Numbered from the whole stretch's first letter, positions 10,383-21,314 are shown. The stretch is DNA of 63,987 bases, filler included, from Trichomonas gallinae (GCA_008369845.1; 4 parts of 4 records of this genome joined end to end with filler, not necessarily neighbours in it); one strand, 5' to 3'. Notes: generated by a model not told the origin, from the letters alone. Made by a program: numbers and translations.

Positions 10383-13300
10383 ATGTTGTATCTGTTTCTC
10401 CTTCAGCTTAAGAAATCAATATATGGAGCTCCAGGAGTAGATACAGTAGTGGTTCAAGATACCAATTCATTCGAAATATTAGGAGAAATAGCAGCACCTG
10501 GCAATATCGACCGAAACTTTATAAATAATACTACTCTTTTTCAGTGGAATGACCGCACTGTAATCAAAGAAAATGACTACCCATGGCCAGGTCATCCAAC
10601 TAAACTCGATTTTAAAACTTTAGATAACGAAAGAACAGGAATTAATGATAATTTTTGTAAGCTTCTTCCGCAAGATAAAAGAGCAACAAAATATTGCGCA
10701 ATACATCCTGTAGGACCAAGGCAATTCCTTGGAGATTTAACAAAAGTTTTAGAAGCGAAGAGATATAAATTCAGAGTTTTCATAAACACGAGATATGGCT
10801 ATTATCACTGGACAGGAATATATTTGCCACCAGGACAGTTAATAACCATCGAAGTTCCCACTAAAAACGTTCAAACAATTCAAGCGAAAATTAATCGTCA
10901 TACAACTCAATCTGAGGGTTCACAAACGAGATTACCACAGCTATCTTGCGATATTACGCTTGAGCCCGGCACAAATTACATTACATGGCCGTATGGGGGA
11001 ATTCTTGAATTTACGGTTCCCTTACACAGCTTTGATAAAGGACTTGAGATAGTTGTAACAGGTGGTCTGAAGGTACCCGTTTTTGTCTACGGAAAACATA
11101 CTGATGAAGAATTCGACAATCAAATTAAAAATAATCCTTGCCCACTGGCTTTATTAGATAATGGCCATATGAAAATGGTTGTTCCTACCGCCACCATCAA
11201 GAGTGATTTAAGGCTCAACGATAATATGGTCTATTGGCGTGGAGTTGGTCAAATTTTGAGTTCGATAAAAGATTTGATGTATTATCCAAGAGGAGATTAT
11301 GGAAACGTCATGATTCCATTGCAGGTAAGTATAGATGAGACCCAAAATTCAGCAGCACACCCTGGTTACAACATTATCCAGCTTAAGATGGATCAAACCA
11401 ACAATCTTCTCAACTATGAAGCAAATAAATGGGACATCGTCGGCTATTACGGAAATCACTTCGCAGACGAATGGGGAGTCAAAGAAGATGATTTTGAATG
11501 GCCTAAAATAGCAAACAAAATTTTTGCTCACATAATAAGATCCAAATTCGAGATTTACGATGCTAAAAGGCAGATTGATTCCTTTGGAAATTATTATGAC
11601 GGAAACATATCACTGAATCATATCTATCAGACAATTGATTCAGATGATATAGTATGGTTCTACGAAAACCCGAGACATGTATTTGGGCTCACTGCTCAAC
11701 GCCAATTGCTCCATGACCACATAAACCAGACATATTACAAGAGAATAAATTTCGATTATTTGTCAGAATTACTGCTGCATAGTTGCCGCCAATTCCAGAA
11801 AGACATGCGTCCATACTTCAAATCATTCAAGAGCATTAACATGAAGATTCCTGGCAACGTTGATGAATTAATTCGTAAAATGAAGTTAAAGGAAGAATTT
11901 CATCCAGTTTGCAACATTTATCAATGCGGTTATGTAGTTAATGGCGCAGAAGTTATTACATCACAGCCATTTCAGATTCCTGCGAGAAGATGCTACGTGT
12001 TCAATTTTACAAAATACATGAAAACAAGACCTGGAATGCACGAATATTTATTCTATGATGTTGACAATAAAACAGTTCAAATGAAAGGAACATTAATAAA
12101 AGTTCGCGACGCTTTATACCAATACCTGCCTAATCCAAATAATACAGATATCGATACTTTCTATGTAACTTACAGAGACATATCAACAACAATTCCTAAT
12201 TTTGTGCAAGTAGTTGTCAAAGTTAAACAAGTCTTCAATGGCGCAATCGCAAGATATATGAAATTGTCTGATAGCAAGAAAAATATTTTTGACGCTTATA
12301 AAGAATTAATCGGCAAAAAAGACAATATTATTAATCCACCAATGATGAAATACGATGACACAAAATTAGGAAATGATATACCAGAAAAGAAATGGATTGG
12401 CTACGTTGATGTCAAATTCTATCCGCCAGCAACAGGCAAATACAAGTTTATTACAACCAACAATGCCACATCACTCTTATATGTCTCTACTGAGAAATTT
12501 AGTGATAATGTCGAAACAGATGGAAAGAGTTTAGTGATGAAACTCCAGCGAGACGATAATTCTAAAGAAATAATCAACCAAATGAAATTCAAAGAGTACA
12601 CAAAAGATAAACCAGTCTATATCAGATTAGTTGCCTTAAGTGATGGAGCTACTGGTAACTATAGTGAAATTCAATACATTAAGGAAGGTGAGAATAGCAA
12701 GCCTTTACCAATGGACAGAGTCTACTTCCCATGCTCAGTTTTGTCTGATAAAGATAAAAATCCATTCGTCCCGTCCTATGAACAAGAACCAGAATTATCG
12801 GTTTATCGTGACATTCCATACGCAGACTATGATGATACTAATTTCATATATCAGAATAAAGCTGGTTACGCACTAGATGTTGATTTTGGAAAGAACATCA
12901 ACTTTGATAGACTCTACAGCACTGATTGGGATAAAATTTTGGACAAAAATGTGAGAATTGATCTTGACAATACAAATCTGTTGGGTAGAAAAATTACTGA
13001 AACAACAGGATATATCATTTTCAGTAAGGTTTTTTCAGGAAAGCATCTCACTATACAGGTGACAGATGATAGCAATTATAATCCCCAATCTACTTTGAAA
13101 ATTTATCCGCAAATGTATATCGGTGGCGCTAGAACTATCATCCCTGCAACACATTCTAAGATCATTAAGAAAGGAAATGTAACGTTCACTGATGTTGGCT
13201 TATACTATAATGGCAAAGGCTTGCATCTTTCGAAAGATAGCTCCATCGAATTCAAAATAAAGCTCAAAGGAATTTCAGATATTGGAATCATTGGCGACAG

Positions 13301-13829
13301 AGACCCAAATAATGGTATTTTCGAAGTTTATGTAAATGGTAAAATAGAAGGATCATGCGATACTTCGGCTCTCTCCAGCCAGGAAGGCTCAACAACAAAT
13401 AGGTCATTTTTGGTACCTCTTTATTCCTTAAGAGATATGAGAATAGATATACCAATCTCCATCAGAATCGTAGCAAAAGGTGATATTGGAATTGCAGGAT
13501 TCATTGCAGAAGGCGAAATATTGGGCAACTCACCTTCTGCTCAAACTGCCCGCAAAGTTTTAGCAACGGAAAGTATCGATTATGTGAATTGCGAATGTCA
13601 AAGAATTATCATTGAAGACTCAAATAAAGGGGGTACTGAGGGATCGAAACAACTTGGACTTATTATTGGCCTTGTGATTGCTCTTGTTGTTGTCATTGCT
13701 GTTACTGTAGTCCTTGTGGTATTCTTCTTGCTTAAGAAGAAGAAAGGAGGTGACCATTCAACAGAAGATAGCTCAAATACTGGCAGCACAACAACTAGAG
13801 GAGAAGTTTCCTATAACCACTACTTCTAA
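10383..13829 (+). CDS. M60-like (enhancin/mucinase family) type I membrane surface protein with PA14-like and carbohydrate-binding-like domains; zinc motif absent
   Basis: Signal peptide, then YHWTGIYLPPGQLITIEVP, WPYGGIL and VPVFVYGKHTDEEF (M60 N-domain and start of catalytic domain). FYPPATGKYKF is PA14-like; GIFEVYVNGK is CBM/galactose-binding-like. TM LGLIIGLVIALVVVIAVTVVLVVFFLL-KKKK and a short tail. First ATG at 10383. Confidence 0.85.
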   Translation: MLYLFLLQLKKSIYGAPGVDTVVVQDTNSFEILGEIAAPGNIDRNFINNTTLFQWNDRTVIKENDYPWPGHPTKLDFKTLDNERTGINDNFCKLLPQDKRATKYCAIHPVGPRQFLGDLTKVLEAKRYKFRVFINTRYGYYHWTGIYLPPGQLITIEVPTKNVQTIQAKINRHTTQSEGSQTRLPQLSCDITLEPGTNYITWPYGGILEFTVPLHSFDKGLEIVVTGGLKVPVFVYGKHTDEEFDNQIKNNPCPLALLDNGHMKMVVPTATIKSDLRLNDNMVYWRGVGQILSSIKDLMYYPRGDYGNVMIPLQVSIDETQNSAAHPGYNIIQLKMDQTNNLLNYEANKWDIVGYYGNHFADEWGVKEDDFEWPKIANKIFAHIIRSKFEIYDAKRQIDSFGNYYDGNISLNHIYQTIDSDDIVWFYENPRHVFGLTAQRQLLHDHINQTYYKRINFDYLSELLLHSCRQFQKDMRPYFKSFKSINMKIPGNVDELIRKMKLKEEFHPVCNIYQCGYVVNGAEVITSQPFQIPARRCYVFNFTKYMKTRPGMHEYLFYDVDNKTVQMKGTLIKVRDALYQYLPNPNNTDIDTFYVTYRDISTTIPNFVQVVVKVKQVFNGAIARYMKLSDSKKNIFDAYKELIGKKDNIINPPMMKYDDTKLGNDIPEKKWIGYVDVKFYPPATGKYKFITTNNATSLLYVSTEKFSDNVETDGKSLVMKLQRDDNSKEIINQMKFKEYTKDKPVYIRLVALSDGATGNYSEIQYIKEGENSKPLPMDRVYFPCSVLSDKDKNPFVPSYEQEPELSVYRDIPYADYDDTNFIYQNKAGYALDVDFGKNINFDRLYSTDWDKILDKNVRIDLDNTNLLGRKITETTGYIIFSKVFSGKHLTIQVTDDSNYNPQSTLKIYPQMYIGGARTIIPATHSKIIKKGNVTFTDVGLYYNGKGLHLSKDSSIEFKIKLKGISDIGIIGDRDPNNGIFEVYVNGKIEGSCDTSALSSQEGSTTNRSFLVPLYSLRDMRIDIPISIRIVAKGDIGIAGFIAEGEILGNSPSAQTARKVLATESIDYVNCECQRIIIEDSNKGGTEGSKQLGLIIGLVIALVVVIAVTVVLVVFFLLKKKKGGDHSTEDSSNTGSTTTRGEVSYNHYF

Positions 13830-14372
13830 TTTCAACATAATCAATAATTGCGTTAAATATCATTTGTATAAAGTTTCTCTGATTATATAATAAAACTTGT
13901 TTATTTGGGCCGATTTTAAGACTTTTGATTGAATAATTTGAAGTTCATTAATTTGAAATATTAAGAATGATGCTGCTAAATAAAATCAATTAAAACATTT
14001 TATTAATGAGAATTACATGACATTAGATAGGAGAAACACCCATAATGAATTAATATGCAATAAAAAAGTATTTGTAATTTGCAAAAGGCAGCTACAATAC
14101 ATGGGTACTTTTAGATGAAGAGTATACTGATGTACTTTGATGAGAATTTTGATTTATATTTGTGATTTGAATTAATCATTTCATGTTTCGCGAATATTTG
14201 TTTTACTTTCAATTCGTGGGAAAATCATTGAAATAGGATCAAAATATCATGTTATCGAAAACCAAAATAATATAAAATATTTTTTTCATTCGAATCGATA
14301 ACGCCATGCATTGTGGAGCATAATTTGAGGCTAACAAGTCAATATATTAAATTTATAGTCACTTTTTAATAA

Positions 14373-15635
14373 ATGGCCTCAATTGAAGATGTTCAATCAA
14401 TCCACATGATGATTTCTAATGACACACTCATCAAGACGCTTTATAAAGAAGAACTCTGTACACGTTTGAAAGACACAGCGTTAAATTACAATGAATCCAA
14501 ATATTCTTCAACAAATTAAATCTAAATACGAAATAAAGGGCAAATTTGATATAGTCTGCCATTTATCTGTTGATTTTGGAGAAATCGAGAATATCGAAAT
14601 AACAAATATTCTTGAATTACTCAAAATCTTTGGTCAATGCATCGAATGCAATGTATTAAATTCGTTTGCGAAAATTATTGAGTCTATATTTTCTAGTCTC
14701 AAACAAAAAACACCAAAAATATCGAAAAATTGAAAAATGTTCGTCATAGTGGTTTCGGTTTATTATATTCCATTTTTAGCAAGATTGCACAAGACAATGA
14801 TACTGAAGCCATGTCTTTTGCTATCAATGAGAAACTGCACGAGATAAAAAATCAGTCTGTTGAAGATATTTATTCTTTCTCTTACAGGGTCGGCAATTTC
14901 AATCTCATTCGTCTTCAGAAAAAATATAGTATTGGTAAAACACGAGACATTTCACAATTACCAGCTAAAATTCATAAATTAAATATCAAAAATTATATAT
15001 ATTTTTCCAAAATCCTTCATTTTGATATCATCAAAAACAAAGAACAAACTATGATCGAAGCTTCATATAATGGTAATATTGAAGTTGTTAAATTCCTCCT
15101 TATATTTCCTGGAATAAATGTCAGCGCAATAAATGAAATAGAAGTAACAGCTTTGACTGTTGCTTCATTTAATAATCATTTAGAGATTATCAAGCTCCTT
15201 CTCACAGTTCCTGGAATAAATGCCTACGTAAAAAATGGCTTCGACTATACAGCTTTAATATCCGCTTCAGTAAAAAATCATCACAAAATTATCAAGCTTC
15301 TTCTCAAAGTTCCTGAAATTGATGTGAACATAAAAACTTGCTACAACTATACTGCTTTAATATTTGCTGTGAAAAATGGTAATTATCAAATTGCCAAACA
15401 TTTGCTCACAAATCCTGGGATAGATGTCAACGTAAAGAACAATACCGACAATACAGCTTTGATTTATGCTGCCAGAAGTGGTTGCCTTGATATTGTCAGA
15501 CAACTACTTGCAATTCCTGGAATAGATGTAAACGCATAAGGCAAATACAACACTACAGCTTTTAAGCTTGCTTCAATTTGTGACCGTCAAAATATTGTCA
15601 ATCTCCTTCTCACAGTTTCCTGGGATAGATGCTAC
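14373..15635 (+). pseudogene. Ankyrin-repeat protein pseudogene
   Basis: ATG at 14373 after GTCACTTT. Coding frame broken by shifts near 14490 and 14730. Repeats of TALxxAxxNxxxxIVKLLLxxPGIDVN; in-frame TAA at 15537 within a repeat (GIDVNA*GKYNTTAFKLAS) and a further shift near 15618. Confidence 0.8.
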
Positions 15636-16143
15636 TATATATTTAAATATATTCATATAGTTTTTTTTTTGAAAAGGGAAAGATGTATTTTCATTTCCTA
15701 AAACTATTGCAAAATGTTGATCCCTTTCTATAGCTCACAATAAAAAGTAACTAACATTTTACCATGATGTTTATACAAAATAAATCATGATTTTTTTTTT
15801 ATCATTATTATATTGTTTGTATATTTTATTAATGTTCAAATTTCTGTGTTGAGAACATTGTAAGACATAATTGCACAGACAAATTTAAATAATTCAGAAT
15901 TCAATTTTGGAAATCAACATTTTGTGGACTAGAAATCCTGTAAGTTGGTTATATTATGCATAAGAAGCAGAATTTGTTAATAGGAAAACACGACTTTGAT
16001 CTTTTATTTTTATGAGCAAATTATTTATATCAGAAATTCTTTAAAATTGAAAATTTACTGATAAATAGTATATGAAGATGCTAGATTTCGCATTTTTGGC
16101 TTCATTTTTGGTTCCAAAAAGTGTCAGATTTCGAAAAAATTAA

Positions 16144-16818
16144 ATGCTCGGAGTATTTATAGGATTTGCATGTGCGAAGTCTCTTTACTCCACATTATAT
16201 GATGTAGAAAACGACAAACCTTACGTTGTTATGTTTATCACACCAAAAAACGACTACGTTCAACAAGCGGAACCGGAATTTAATGATACACGCGACGAGC
16301 TCAAAGATTTCTGCGAATTCTTGGAAGTTGACGTAAACAAAGAGTTTCTCTTAGGAACAAGACTTCGTATTATATACACACCTGTTATTTATGTATTTTG
16401 GAAAGGAAAAGCCCACTATTTCACATCACATGAAATCTCTAAAGACAAACTTTACGCTTTCATTGCTCAAACGATCGGAACAAACGTTCCAATGCTCAAA
16501 GAATCTGATATCACAACAAAGAAGCCACTTATAGCCATGTTTACGAAGCGTCTGAAACCACCGACAGCTGTTTCATTCGCCCAGTTCAACCTTACCAACA
16601 CAGATGTTAGATTAGCTTGGTCAAATCAAAAATCAGTCATTGATGCATTCAGAGTCACAGAAGTTCCATCGATTTACTTCTTTAAGGACGGAATAAGAAA
16701 GAAATACGATGGACCAACAGAAGCTTCAAAATTCGTCGAAGAAATTCGTAAACACTTCGATATCAAAGAAAATAAGGAAGAACAAGAAGCTATTAAGCAA
16801 GCTAGATTTGAGCTTTAA
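16144..16818 (+). CDS. Secretory/ER thioredoxin-fold (PDI-like) protein lacking CxxC
   Basis: Short signal peptide. VVMFITPKNDYVQQAEPEF aligns to VxFYAPWCGHCKxLxPEF; cis-Pro motif YTPVIYVF. Second Trx-like domain FRVTEVPSIYFFKDG..YDGP; C-terminal RFEL resembles an ER-retention signal. Confidence 0.75.
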   Translation: MLGVFIGFACAKSLYSTLYDVENDKPYVVMFITPKNDYVQQAEPEFNDTRDELKDFCEFLEVDVNKEFLLGTRLRIIYTPVIYVFWKGKAHYFTSHEISKDKLYAFIAQTIGTNVPMLKESDITTKKPLIAMFTKRLKPPTAVSFAQFNLTNTDVRLAWSNQKSVIDAFRVTEVPSIYFFKDGIRKKYDGPTEASKFVEEIRKHFDIKENKEEQEAIKQARFEL

Positions 16819-17520
16819 TTAATGCGAATAATAATTGAAAATATAAGATACAAAAAATTAAAAATTATCCATTTAATCAGTGAATTAAAACTATAATTAT
16901 GATACATTTAATTTTTGAGTTTCACGCTTTTCTATACAATACATTACAATATTTTCTCCAATTCAAAAAATTAATTTCCCAGAATTCGATACTACTCGAT
17001 GTGTTAAATACTTGATAGCAATGATAGAAAATTATGCTTAAATTGAAAATAATTTAGATTTACAATTTGAAAATTGTTATTATTGTGTGATTGCAATATG
17101 CTATTTATCTTATTATGCATTCGAAATTAATTTATCTTTTAATTCATTGCAATAAGCAAGTATTGTCTGTTATTTTGAATAATGTTAACTTATATTAAGG
17201 TTGACGTATTAAGGGACAAAATAGATGTAATGTATGGAATAGGATTAAAATCAAGTTTTAGGTAATGTTAACGATATGACAAAGAAGTGGTTTCATTAGA
17301 ATTGTATAGCATGCATATTTACATCTCAATGAGTTTACAAGATACAAACTCTATTCTATGATATTTTTCAATATTCACCATGTTATATTGGAGTGCGTGT
17401 TAAATTACACAAAATGGAGAAAATTGTAAATCGTAAATACAATACAATACATATTTATCTATTAAATATTGCATAAATCCAAAATTTTGAAAAATGAATA
17501 ATATCTCTGTAATTTTCCAA

Positions 17521-17620
17521 NNNNNNNNNNNNNNNNNNNNNNNNNNNNNNNNNNNNNNNNNNNNTTAATTAATTAANNNNNNNNNNNNNNNNNNNNNNNN
17601 NNNNNNNNNNNNNNNNNNNN
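17521..17620. other. Artificial contig spacer (N44-TTAATTAATTAA-N44)
   Basis: N-runs flanking a 12-mer that gives stops in all six frames. Same structure occurs three times. Confidence 0.95.
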
Positions 17621-17647
17621 TATATTTTAATTTTCGTGAGTCAAAAA

Positions 17648-17699
17648 ATTGAATAGATCCCCGAAAACCCAGCTGATCCCCGAAAAGCGGATGACGGTA
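17648..17699 (-). mobile_element. Terminal inverted repeat end of a Tc1/mariner-superfamily-like DNA transposon or MITE (copy 2)
   Basis: Identical to 26-77 and 27 bp from a contig edge, as expected for a collapsed high-copy repeat. Confidence 0.65.
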
Positions 17700-18101
17700 A
17701 TTATATCTCGAAAAATTTACGAATATCATAATTTTTGCATCGAAAATATTCACTATTATATATTTTATTATCTATTTAATTAGGAAAAACGACAAATATA
17801 GCATTATTTATTATAAAAATATTGGAAATTTTAGATAATCATCACTATTAAAAAAGAAATATATACTACTTAATACAATCATTTGACAAGCTGTTATTAT
17901 ATTTCATGAAAAATTAAACAAAATTTAAATATTGATTATTAAGACCAGGAATACATAAAGGAAATATATCATGCATTAATAACCATATCCATTAACTTAA
18001 ATCATAAACAAAAAAAAAACATGGGAAAAGATAGGTAAAATGTACTTGCATAAAATTACCAAGATTTTTAATAACTATATGTGACAATATTAGGGATATT
18101 T

Positions 18102-18333
18102 TTAAATATATTCTTCATGGAGTTTAATCTTCGCATGTTTCCATTTAAGTCTCAGTTCAATTTGAAGCTCAAGCGCATCTATAGTTTCTTGGAAATGCTT
18201 GTCTTCGGCAATTATTAATGCGGTTTCTCCAAAATTGTTTATTGCATTATAATCCGCACCAAGCTCTATCAATCGGACAACTCAATATGTTTGATTTAAA
18301 TCTTCATCATCACATATCAAATGTAAATCATGA
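18102..18333 (-). pseudogene. Ankyrin-repeat gene remnant (not in ORF track)
   Basis: Manual translation gives HDLHLICDDEDLNQTY*VVRLIELGADYNAINNFGETALIIAEDKHFQETIDALELQ...EEYI*. LIELGADxNAxNxxGETALxxA is ankyrin consensus. Internal TGA and no in-frame ATG seen. Confidence 0.75.
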
Positions 18334-18392
18334 TTGTCAAAAAAGTGTCAAAATGAAGTAATTTTTTTGACAAAACTTCCGAAAAATAGAAA

Positions 18393-20147
18393 ATGAAATG
18401 CTTTCGTCTTAAATTAAGGAAAAACAAGTTTTGGATAGTATTTGCAGTAGTAATGTTAATAATTTTCGATGCCAGTCTTCTTTTAATATCATCATCTTCC
18501 AAAACTCCGAAAATTGTTCAAGATAAAGATAATTTCAGACAAGTTATCGAAAACATCACTAAAACAATAGAAATAGAAAAAGAAGAAGTTAAACAACAAG
18601 TTAATCAAACAAATCATACACTAATCCCCACAAATCAACAAAAAATTAATCCTATAATTCAAACTAATGATCCAAAAACAGAAATCAAAGTAGCATTTTA
18701 CCATACATTAGTCAACTATATGAATAAAGCTAATAAACATTCTTGGATTCGTCCAATTTCTGGAAAACCAATAGATGAATTCAATACTACTTATTTTCTC
18801 GCTGAAACATTAACAACACTTATTATAATGGGCGATAAAAATCAAGCTATTAAGCAATTGGAAGAATTCGCAAATAAAATTTATCCATCTTTTGTAACAT
18901 TTGATGAAAAGTCTCCATTACGTGAAAAGTATCCTAAGGCTCAGAAGAATGAGACAACAGGTTTATATACAGCTCGTACAATTACGAATCTTTATAATGG
19001 ATATTCAAATACTTCATTTTTCCTTCCAAGCGTCATGGGAGCCATGTTGTCTGCATATTCTCTAACTGGTGAAGCCCAATTCTTCCAAACTGCTTACAAT
19101 ATCATATCAATGATTCATCAAATCAAAGTAGATTTATTTATTTTAGACCAGATTACGACAAACAAAGGCAGATTCGTGTTAAGCAGTGATCCATACATCA
19201 AAATCCACAAACTTGGAAATTACCAGACAGATTTCCTATATATTGCTGAAAAGATTAACAAAACATATCTGTATCAGACATCTGTTGGAATTTACAACTT
19301 GTTTAGGAAGAGAACTCCTTTAAATGGCCTTTTCCCAGATGCTTTCGTTGCTTTTAACGGCGAACCACAAAATACACCAGCTGGATATGAATATTCACTA
19401 GAATATGAAGGAAACAGTATTTATAAAGGTTTGATTCCTGTAATAACATTGACATATGATTCATCCAAAGTTGCAAAATCAATTCTTTCCAACTTTACAC
19501 AAAGATTTAAAGAAATCTTCTTTACAAAAGACAAATTTGGAGGTTTTATTCATAGAAAATACCATGGTGAATTGGAAAATATCATGAGTATGAGAACTGC
19601 ATACATTCCTGGCCTTTTAGCACAAGCATCTGTTGAATTAAATGATAAATCTCTTCTTGAACTCGCAGATGAGACTCTAGAAGCCTTTTTAAGGATGAAG
19701 AAGATTACTCCTCTTCCTCCTATGACTGTTTCACGTGCAGAAAATGGAGATTTAAAGGTAGAGGATCCAATTTTCGATTTTGCACCAGATCTTTTCGAGT
19801 CTTTGTATTATATGTACAACATAACGAAGAATGACAAGTATAAGAGCATTGCTTGGGAATTATTCCTGGAATTCAATAAAACGTGTAGAACAGATTTTGG
19901 ATACGCAAACATTAATACTCACACAGGCGAAAAATATGATGAAATGAATCCAATGTTATTATCAAGAACTTTCAAATTTTTGTATTTGATGTTCGATGAT
20001 TCTGCTCTCATCGGAAAGCATTACACATTCAATACTCATGGAAATCCCATGGGAAGATGGAATAATCCAATGGATAATTTTGATGATTTAGTTTTCGATC
20101 AGATTCCACCATTATATGACTCTGGGGTGCGATTAATGCAGTTTTAG
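18393..20147 (+). CDS. Glycoside hydrolase family 47 (class I alpha-1,2-mannosidase/EDEM-like) type II membrane protein, catalytic residues degenerate
   Basis: N-terminal basic tail and TM (FWIVFAVVMLIIFDASLLLI), stem, then MGAMLSAYSLTGE, ESLYYMYNITKNDKYKSIAWE, CRTDFGYA, TFKFLYLMF, FNTHGNP matching GH47 blocks. Confidence 0.85.
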   Translation: MKCFRLKLRKNKFWIVFAVVMLIIFDASLLLISSSSKTPKIVQDKDNFRQVIENITKTIEIEKEEVKQQVNQTNHTLIPTNQQKINPIIQTNDPKTEIKVAFYHTLVNYMNKANKHSWIRPISGKPIDEFNTTYFLAETLTTLIIMGDKNQAIKQLEEFANKIYPSFVTFDEKSPLREKYPKAQKNETTGLYTARTITNLYNGYSNTSFFLPSVMGAMLSAYSLTGEAQFFQTAYNIISMIHQIKVDLFILDQITTNKGRFVLSSDPYIKIHKLGNYQTDFLYIAEKINKTYLYQTSVGIYNLFRKRTPLNGLFPDAFVAFNGEPQNTPAGYEYSLEYEGNSIYKGLIPVITLTYDSSKVAKSILSNFTQRFKEIFFTKDKFGGFIHRKYHGELENIMSMRTAYIPGLLAQASVELNDKSLLELADETLEAFLRMKKITPLPPMTVSRAENGDLKVEDPIFDFAPDLFESLYYMYNITKNDKYKSIAWELFLEFNKTCRTDFGYANINTHTGEKYDEMNPMLLSRTFKFLYLMFDDSALIGKHYTFNTHGNPMGRWNNPMDNFDDLVFDQIPPLYDSGVRLMQF

Positions 20148-20658
20148 GCTGAATAATAAATGTAATTTAAATTATAAATTGTATTTAAATAAATGTTAAT
20201 TAAACTAATTAAACTACTACATTTTACTCATTAACTGAATTAAAATAAAAATAATTTATATATATTAATTAAAATCTATTATTTAAGATTTTCAATTTCG
20301 AATTAAATAAAAATAAATGGATTTTAATAAATATAACTATTATAAATGTAATATTGCACTGTAAACATATGATTTTTATTATATAATCTTATGATTATCG
20401 ATGAAATATTATATTATATTATATGTGTATATTTTTAAAATAACTCGATAAATTAGTGTTTCAGACGATAGAATGATTATATTTAAAGTTTTTAAAGGAT
20501 TTTAAATTTTTGACAAGATTTGCCACATCAACTTAAAAGTCAAATTTGATTTGATTAATAACATTAATATATTATGTAGATGTGAGAAAACCTATTTTTA
20601 GACAAAAAATTTATTTGTCACTTTTAGATACTCTAAACATCAAAATTATTTTTAATTA

Positions 20659-21314
20659 ATGATGCTTCTTCATTTCTGCGACTTTTTAGCTCTAGATGAC
20701 TTCATGGATCATGATGTTATTCCATTGCAAGAGTTTGAAAGTTTTGGGAGCTTTCTCGAAAAAAAATTCAACTTTTTTGGAAAGAAAGTTTTCTTGCGGA
20801 AAAAATGCAAACTAAACGGGACAAATTGGATTCTTGCCACAAGCAGCTATTAACACATGCATGTGATAGTATATATACCATGGAATATAATCATCTTCTA
20901 AGTCAAATCCAAGATCTTAGATTCTCATGCAAAAAGAAGCAGAGAGAAGAAACATTCATTAGAATATTGAAGGCAATCTTCAACTATTGTTGTTCCAATG
21001 GTAATCAAAACATGAAACGCTGCCAGGAGTGTGGAATAGTTTAGCTGCCGAATAATTTATATGCGATCAATGGCAAGATATTTTCACGATTGATTTGTAA
21101 CAGCAGGAGCTATACAAACAAGAACTTCACCGCGTTGGGCTTTATTCTTGAGAAGAAAAGGGCTGATACGTATTGCGAACTACAAACTAGATTGCCACGC
21201 TGTAGTGAGCGAGAATTACGACATTGGTCCATACGAGTATGTATAACCACCAGCATTAATGCCGAATTTCACAAAAAATTATATCCTGAGATTTATTCAG
21301 AAATTGACCTTTGA
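20659..21314 (+). pseudogene. Initiator-binding-domain (IBP39/IBD-like) transcription factor gene interrupted by an in-frame TAG (and a possible 5' frameshift)
   Basis: ORFs 20805-21044 and 21090-21314 are in the same frame. Readthrough gives FIRILKAIFNYC...KRCQECGIV*LPNNLYAINGKIFSRLICNSRSYTNKNFTALGF...ELRHWSIR, matching the IBD pattern RxxxCGIxW...AIN...SKSxIN..L..LG...ELRxW. The upstream ORF at 20659 may join through the A-run at 20759-20766. Confidence 0.75.

Noticed and set aside
15537..21044. In-frame TAA at a Lys position and TAG at a Trp position, suggesting an alternative genetic code
   Set aside because: Intact genes here terminate with TAA, TAG and TGA, and multi-kb ORFs have no internal stops. 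Both cases are single-base nonsense changes.
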